The notes under the pieces: generated by a model
What the model was told of the DNA's origin: nothing
The model's input: the letters and a program-made list of their open reading frames with translations, nothing else
The model's database searches: none
Shown: one piece after another, positions 58,914 through 64,000 of the stretch
How the letters are laid out: every line of letters starts with the position of its first letter
How positions within the stretch are numbered: the first letter of the stretch is position 1
Virus record (IMG/VR): IMGVR_UViG_3300048908_000112
Coordinates: 1 to 64,000 of that record
Direction: 5' to 3' (one strand)
DNA: 64,000 nt
Source: a virus
Program-made: the position numbers and the translations under genes

Positions 58914-60304
58914 ACGCACCCGACAGATTTACCGAACAACCGCGAGAACTGCCTGTCTCCGTTGAGGCTGAGCAATCCGTTCTCGGCGCCCTGCTGCTCG
59001 ACAACGACGCTTTCGACCGCATCGGCCATGTGCGCCCGGAGCACTTCTATCGCCACGATCACCGGATCATCTTCGAGACGATCCAGAAACTCATCGTGTC
59101 GAACCGCAACGCCGACGTCATTACGGTTCTCGAGGCGCTTGGCGAACAAGCCGCTAACGTTGGTGGCCTGCCGTACTTGAATTCTCTCGCAAGCAACACG
59201 CCGGGATCGGCCGGAATCAAGCGCTGGGCGGACATCGTTGTCGAGCGCTGGAAACTGCGCGGCGTCCTGTCGGCAACGAATGAAATTGTCGAACTCGTGC
59301 ATAACCGCGCCGGCAAGACGGTCGCGGAGATCATCGGCGAGGCGCAATCGAAGTTCGAACCGCTCGTCGTGAGCACGGCCAAAGAGCCGCAACTCATCAA
59401 GAATTTCCTGACGAACGTCATTGAGCGGATCGACGCGCAATACAACGGCACGCCCACGACCGTTAAAACGCTCTCTACGGGCTTGCGCGATCTGGACGCC
59501 AAGTTGGGTGGAGGAATGCGACCGGGCCAACTGATCGTCATTGCGGGCCGTCCAGCGATGGGAAAAACGGCAATCGCTCTCGGCGTTGCGGAGTCGGCAG
59601 CGCACAAAGGCGGCGCTACCCTCTTCTTCTCGCAGGAAATGCCTGGCGAAGAACTGGCTAACCGCTCCCTGTCTCGCGCGTCTGGCTTGTCGCTTGACAA
59701 GATTCTCGACGGTCGCAAGTTCGAGAGCGACGAGGATTTCAGTCGGCTGACTGCTGGCACGTTGAAGGTTTCGGATTTGGAACTGCTCGTCGACGAACAG
59801 CCGCAAATGAGCCTGCAGGAGATTCGCGCTCGCGCCCGCACCGCGAAGCGTCGCCATGGCCTCGGCCTGATCGTTATCGACTACCTCGGCCTGATGGCTG
59901 ACGGCGAAGGCAACACGCGCAATGAGAAGGTCGGCGCCAACAGTCGCGGGCTGAAGGCTCTGGCGAAACAGATGGAAGTGCCCGTCGTCCTTCTGGCACA
60001 GCTTAACCGGAAACTCGAGGAGCGCCACGACAAGCGCCCCATGCTCTCGGATCTGCGCGACTCCGGCGAAATCGAACAGGACGCGGACATCGTTCTCTTT
60101 CTGTACCGCGACGAGGTGTACAACCCGAACACGCGTGATCGTGGAATCGGCGAGATAAACATTGCCAAGCAGCGCAACGGCCCTACTGGCACCGTCGCTG
60201 CGGCCTACATCGGCGAGCGCACCCTGTTCGCGGACCTGATGCCGGGAACGGTGTTCGGTCAGCGTGACGAGGCGGAATCGCGCCCGAGACGGGGATTCCA
60301 ATGA
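58910..60304 (+). CDS. dnaB: Replicative DNA helicase DnaB
   Basis: PVSVEAEQSVLGALLLDN, Walker A AGRPAMGKT, FSQEMPGEEL, IVIDYLGLM, LAQLNRKLEER.DKRPMLSDLRDSGEIEQDAD. Confidence 0.92.
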   Translation: MNAPDRFTEQPRELPVSVEAEQSVLGALLLDNDAFDRIGHVRPEHFYRHDHRIIFETIQKLIVSNRNADVITVLEALGEQAANVGGLPYLNSLASNTPGSAGIKRWADIVVERWKLRGVLSATNEIVELVHNRAGKTVAEIIGEAQSKFEPLVVSTAKEPQLIKNFLTNVIERIDAQYNGTPTTVKTLSTGLRDLDAKLGGGMRPGQLIVIAGRPAMGKTAIALGVAESAAHKGGATLFFSQEMPGEELANRSLSRASGLSLDKILDGRKFESDEDFSRLTAGTLKVSDLELLVDEQPQMSLQEIRARARTAKRRHGLGLIVIDYLGLMADGEGNTRNEKVGANSRGLKALAKQMEVPVVLLAQLNRKLEERHDKRPMLSDLRDSGEIEQDADIVLFLYRDEVYNPNTRDRGIGEINIAKQRNGPTGTVAAAYIGERTLFADLMPGTVFGQRDEAESRPRRGFQ

Positions 60305-60459
60305 CCCCCGCCGAAGCAAAAGACGTCGCCGAAGAACTCGCCACTTTGCCGCTAGCCGCCAGACGCGCTTATCTCGCCGATCTGGCAAAGACGGATGAAG
60401 CGGCAGAACGGATGGTACGGGAAGCGCTACTGGCGCTGTGGGAAGGGCGGAAAGGATAA
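60301..60459 (+). CDS. Hypothetical protein (52 aa)
   Basis: ATGA-coupled to dnaB. Below the track cutoff. Confidence 0.4.
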   Translation: MTPAEAKDVAEELATLPLAARRAYLADLAKTDEAAERMVREALLALWEGRKG

Positions 60460-60470
60460 GGGAAGCGGAA

Positions 60471-61904
60471 ATGACTGGATTTAGAGCAGGTATAGCGGTG
60501 AGGACTGCTTACAAGAATTACGAGTCGTTCATCGCGAGCAAGCAGTTCGCTGACGTGCCCACGGGGTTTGATTGCGATGTTCCGGTCGGACCGCTGTTCG
60601 ACTTTCAGGCCGCTTGCGTCAAATGGGCGCTCAAGCGTGGCCGTGCCGCGCTGTTCGAGGATACCGGCCTCGGCAAGACGGTCCAGCAAGTTACGTGGGC
60701 GAACGAGGTCTGCAAGCACACGGGCGGAAACGTCATCATCGCCGCGCCGCTTTGTGTGGCGCAACAGACAATCGAGGAAGCTGCAAAGATCGGCATCGAG
60801 ATCAAGTATTGCCGGCACGAGTCGGAAGTGGTCGACGGCATCACGATCACGAACTACGAAATGCTTGACCAGTTCGAGCTCGATTCGTTCGTGGGCGTCG
60901 TGCTGGACGAGTCGAGCGTCATCAAGGCCGTCAACGGCAAGACTCGCCAGTTCATCACGGACGCGTTTCGCCGCACGCCCTACAAGCTTTCGTGCACTGC
61001 AACGCCCAGCCCGAATGACTGGATGGAGCTCGGCAACCAGGCGGAATTTCTCGGCGTCATGTCGTCGGTCGAAATGCTTTCGACGTTCTTCACGCACGAC
61101 GGCGGCGATACAGGTAACTGGCGCCTGAAGGGTCACGGCAAAGTCAAGTTTTGGGAATGGATGGCGACGTGGGCGATCTGCATCCGCAGCCCCGCCGACC
61201 TCGGATTCGACGGCTCGCGCTACTTGCTGCCGCCGCTTGAGCTCGTCGAGCACGTTGTCGAAAGCGACGCAGCCCCGGAAGGCCAGCTTTTCACGGTCAT
61301 TGCCCAAAGCCTGACGGAACGCCGCCAAGCCAAGAAAAGCACGATCGACCAACGCATCGAGCTCGCCGCAGGCATCGCCAACAGCACGGATGAGCCGGTC
61401 ATCGTCTGGTGCCACCTGAACGAGGAAAGCGAACGCCTGACGAAGGCGATTCCCGGCGCGGTCGAAGTGACTGGCTCCATGAAGCCCGAACAGAAGGAAG
61501 CAAACATCATGGCCTTCGCCCATGGCGAAGCGCGCGTGATCGTCAGTAAGCCATCGATCATGGGTTACGGGCTGAACCTGCAGCACGTCTGCCGGCGCAT
61601 GGTGTTCGCCAGCATGGATGACAGCTTCGAATCCTATTACCAGGCTGTTCGCCGCTGCTATCGGTTCGGCCAGTCGCGCCGCGTCATCGCTCACATCATC
61701 ACCGCCGATACGGAAGGCGCAGTTAAAGCCAACATCGCCCGCAAGCAGGCGCAGAGCGACGCCATGGCGGCTGAAATGGTGGGTTACATGCGTGAACTGA
61801 CGCAGAGGCAGATTCAGGGCGCGTCGAGCGGGACGGAGGTATATCGCCCGACGATGCCAATCACCATTCCCGCATGGCTGCTCGCCAATTCGGAGGCCGC
61901 ATGA
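60471..61904 (+). CDS. SNF2/DEAD-like helicase
   Basis: FDFQAACVKWAL...EDTGLGKT (motif I), VVLDESSVIK (motif II), SCTATPSPN (motif III), and C-terminal helicase motifs ...SKPSIMGYGLNLQ...QAVRRCYRFGQ. Confidence 0.85.
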   Translation: MTGFRAGIAVRTAYKNYESFIASKQFADVPTGFDCDVPVGPLFDFQAACVKWALKRGRAALFEDTGLGKTVQQVTWANEVCKHTGGNVIIAAPLCVAQQTIEEAAKIGIEIKYCRHESEVVDGITITNYEMLDQFELDSFVGVVLDESSVIKAVNGKTRQFITDAFRRTPYKLSCTATPSPNDWMELGNQAEFLGVMSSVEMLSTFFTHDGGDTGNWRLKGHGKVKFWEWMATWAICIRSPADLGFDGSRYLLPPLELVEHVVESDAAPEGQLFTVIAQSLTERRQAKKSTIDQRIELAAGIANSTDEPVIVWCHLNEESERLTKAIPGAVEVTGSMKPEQKEANIMAFAHGEARVIVSKPSIMGYGLNLQHVCRRMVFASMDDSFESYYQAVRRCYRFGQSRRVIAHIITADTEGAVKANIARKQAQSDAMAAEMVGYMRELTQRQIQGASSGTEVYRPTMPITIPAWLLANSEAA

Positions 61905-62596
61905 CGCCCAGCGAGTTCCGCGAGTTTGAGTCGGCCATTGGCCCGACATTCTCTGGCAAGCCGGCCGTCTATATCTACGGGCTGATCGATCCTGAGTCGG
62001 GTCTGATCCGATACATCGGCAAGAGCATCCGCCCCGCCGAACGGTTGCAGAACCACATGAACGAGGTTTCGAACTGCCACCGATCGCACTGGCTGCAGTC
62101 CCTCAAGGCGCGTGGTCTCCGTGCGGACATGGTGATTCTTGAGCGAATCGACGGCGCGTGGCCGTGGCAACACTCGGAGCGCTTCTGGATTGCCTATGCG
62201 CGCCGGAGTGGTTGGCCCATAACGAATAACACGGACGGTGGCGATGGTGTGCCGGGATTGAGCGGCCCATCAAAAGAGCGCATGGCCGCCACATGGAAAG
62301 GTCGAAAGCATAAGCCGGAGTCGATCGCAAAGATGGTGGCGACGAAGCAGGCGACCTATCGATGCAGCGACGAAACGCGCGCCCGCATGAGTGCAGCCCA
62401 CATAGGGCGAGATATCACTTGGGGCGACAAGCTGAGTGTCGCATTGAGGAAGTTGACGGAGCAACAGGTTGAGGAAATAAAGCGGCGATTCGCGGCAGGC
62501 GAGCGGACCACCGATCTAGCAAAAGAGTACGGCGTTCACAGAACGACCATGAGCAAAATCAAGATGGGAACCTACCATGACAAGTACCGTGATTGA
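61901..62596 (+). CDS. GIY-YIG homing endonuclease with NUMOD3-like repeats and C-terminal HTH
   Basis: VYIYGLIDPESGLIRYIGKS...R...H...W...E. Repeats GRKHKPESIAKM and CSDETRARMSAAHIGR. TTDLAKEYGVHRTTMSKI is the HTH. ATGA overlap upstream and 20-nt overlap downstream. Confidence 0.85.
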   Translation: MTPSEFREFESAIGPTFSGKPAVYIYGLIDPESGLIRYIGKSIRPAERLQNHMNEVSNCHRSHWLQSLKARGLRADMVILERIDGAWPWQHSERFWIAYARRSGWPITNNTDGGDGVPGLSGPSKERMAATWKGRKHKPESIAKMVATKQATYRCSDETRARMSAAHIGRDITWGDKLSVALRKLTEQQVEEIKRRFAAGERTTDLAKEYGVHRTTMSKIKMGTYHDKYRD

Positions 62597-63506
62597 CCAA
62601 TTCATCGCAGACCGCTTCTCCCTGTTCAACGGGGATTGTGTCGAGGTCATGCGATCCCTGCCGGATGAATCGATCGATATGTCGATCTTTTCGCCGCCAT
62701 ATCTCTCGCTCTATGTTTATTCCAATTCCGAGCGCGATATGGGGAATGCCAAAACCGACGAAGAGTTCTATGAGCACTTCCGTTTCGTCATTGCGGAACT
62801 GAAGCGTATCGTCAAACCGGGTCGCATGGTCGTAGTCGACTGCATGAACGTGCCGGCCATGAAGCAGCGTGACGGCTATATCGGTTTAAAGGACTTCCGG
62901 GGTGCTCTGATTCGTGATTTCACGGCGCAAGGCTTCATTTTCCACGCCGAATTTTGCATGCACAAGGACCCGCTGATTGAGGCAACACGGACCAAGGCGC
63001 TGGGCCTGATGCACAAGCAACTGTGCAAGGACTCGACCATGAGCCGCGCGGGCATTCCCCAATACCTTCTTGCTTTCCGTAAGCCGGGGGATAACGCCGA
63101 GCCAGTGGCCCACCCGGATGGCGTCGACTACTTCGTCGGTGAGAACCCGCCAACTGACGGGAACCTTTCGCACGAGCGGTGGCGTCGTTATGCGTCGCCT
63201 GTCTGGATGGATATCAATTTCTCGAACACGCTGAATGTCGTTGCGGCGCGAGAAAACGAAGACGAGCGGCACATCGCACCCTTGGCTCTCGACGCGATCG
63301 AGCGCGCCCTATGGCTCTACTCCAATCCCAATGACGTGATCTTCACCCCTTTCCTGGGGATAGGAAGTGAGATTTACATGGCCTTGAAGATGGGCCGACG
63401 CGGTATCGGCTCCGAGCTCAAGCCCAGCTATTTCAAATTGGCTGCGGAGAACTGCAAGAGCGCGGTAGCGGATACGCAGGCAGACATGTTCGCGGAGGTT
63501 GCGTAA
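62577..63506 (+). CDS. DNA N4-cytosine/N6-adenine methyltransferase (beta class, SPPY)
   Basis: Motif IV IFSPPY near the N-terminus and motif I FTPFLGIGSE near the C-terminus. Confidence 0.85.
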   Translation: MTSTVIDQFIADRFSLFNGDCVEVMRSLPDESIDMSIFSPPYLSLYVYSNSERDMGNAKTDEEFYEHFRFVIAELKRIVKPGRMVVVDCMNVPAMKQRDGYIGLKDFRGALIRDFTAQGFIFHAEFCMHKDPLIEATRTKALGLMHKQLCKDSTMSRAGIPQYLLAFRKPGDNAEPVAHPDGVDYFVGENPPTDGNLSHERWRRYASPVWMDINFSNTLNVVAARENEDERHIAPLALDAIERALWLYSNPNDVIFTPFLGIGSEIYMALKMGRRGIGSELKPSYFKLAAENCKSAVADTQADMFAEVA

Positions 63507-64000
63507 TGGCCGGCAACAAGAAACAAAGACGGAAGTACGACCCGGACAAATCCGCCCGCCGCATTGAAGCATGGGCCGAACGCAAGGCCGGTGAGCGCCC
63601 GATCAAAGCCGACGCCCAGCGGGACATTGGCATTGCCGCACACATCGCTTTCGAGCGTTTGCGCAATGGTGGCGACAAGGAATCGCTTTTCATCCTCGCC
63701 ACGACGTTTGATGTCGCTCACGAACTGGCCGTCAAGGGCTGCGGCGCGGATTACCTCGCCGAGATCAAGAGCGGCATGGCCGCCCTGGTCCGCGCGAAGA
63801 AGGCGGCGAATCTGACGGGCAAGTGGATCGTGACTGGCGATGACGCCGAGGCCGTGCGCGCCACACTGGAAATCCACGATGCGCAGATTGAGGCAGCCGC
63901 CCGCGCTGTCGTCGTCAAGGCGCTTAAGGACGTGATGGACCGGGTTGCAACGGGATCGCAAGAGACTGAGTTTGAAACTTTGATGCTGGAGGCTGCTTAA
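63506..64000 (+). CDS. Hypothetical protein (164 aa)
   Basis: ATG overlaps the MTase stop. The ORF ends exactly at the window edge (TAA 63998-64000). Confidence 0.6.
   Translation: MAGNKKQRRKYDPDKSARRIEAWAERKAGERPIKADAQRDIGIAAHIAFERLRNGGDKESLFILATTFDVAHELAVKGCGADYLAEIKSGMAALVRAKKAANLTGKWIVTGDDAEAVRATLEIHDAQIEAAARAVVVKALKDVMDRVATGSQETEFETLMLEAA

Larger units (their letters stand above)
1..64000. mobile_element. Temperate phage genome, near-complete, in non-integrated gene order
   Basis: Every credible ORF is phage-like. The integrase (42494-43609) has phage genes on both sides, so tail, lysis and b-region genes abut an attP-like spacer. That is an attP layout, not attL/attR. Confidence 0.85.

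Overview
The whole 64-kb window is phage DNA. It looks like a near-complete genome of a temperate, GC-rich contractile-tailed phage; a beta-proteobacterial (Burkholderia-like) host is only my inference. The window is permuted so that it opens in the nin/Q region.

Gene order, + strand:
- NinG-like gene, HNH endonuclease, C5 cytosine methyltransferase, Q-type antiterminator, HNH endonuclease.
- A consensus late promoter followed by a terminated leader, then small late genes.
- Lambda-type packaging and head module: TerS, GpA-type TerL, gpW, portal, S49 protease, acidic scaffold, gpD-like decoration protein, gpE-like capsid.
- Mu-type tail and baseplate: DUF2635-like protein, sheath, tube, frameshifted chaperone, tape measure, DNA-circulation protein, gp44-gp48 equivalents.
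- Tail fibre with assembly protein, and a beta-helix tailspike.
- An antisense conversion island: acyltransferase-3, SGNH hydrolase, Xre-like regulator.
- Holin and GH19 endolysin, then a cluster of unknown structural-looking genes, a lipoprotein and DUF1353.

Gene order, - strand:
- A five- or six-gene b-region operon, an attP-like spacer, integrase and excisionase.
- An RtcB RNA ligase and about 30 small early-left genes, including a YqaJ-type exonuclease.

The window then continues with the immunity region (repressor, PL/PR with shared operators, Cro). After that come replication genes (an iteron-bearing O-like gene and DnaB), an SNF2 helicase, a GIY-YIG endonuclease and an SPPY-type methyltransferase.

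I found no rRNA, no convincing tRNA, no CRISPR array and no reverse transcriptase.

Most interesting observations:
1. A 0.83-kb segment where the C5-methyltransferase frame and a co-extensive +1 frame both look protein-coding.
2. An SGNH lipoprotein ORF with no usable start codon, sitting behind an Xre-like ORF that ends on a G GGG slip site.
3. A phage RtcB next to xis.
4. A secreted C1q-like, fibre-like protein.
5. An unusually high load of homing-endonuclease-like genes.
6. Clear regulatory architecture: a PR'-like promoter with leader, shared operators, ori iterons and terS-embedded repeats.

All family assignments come from motif recognition by eye, not from database searches.
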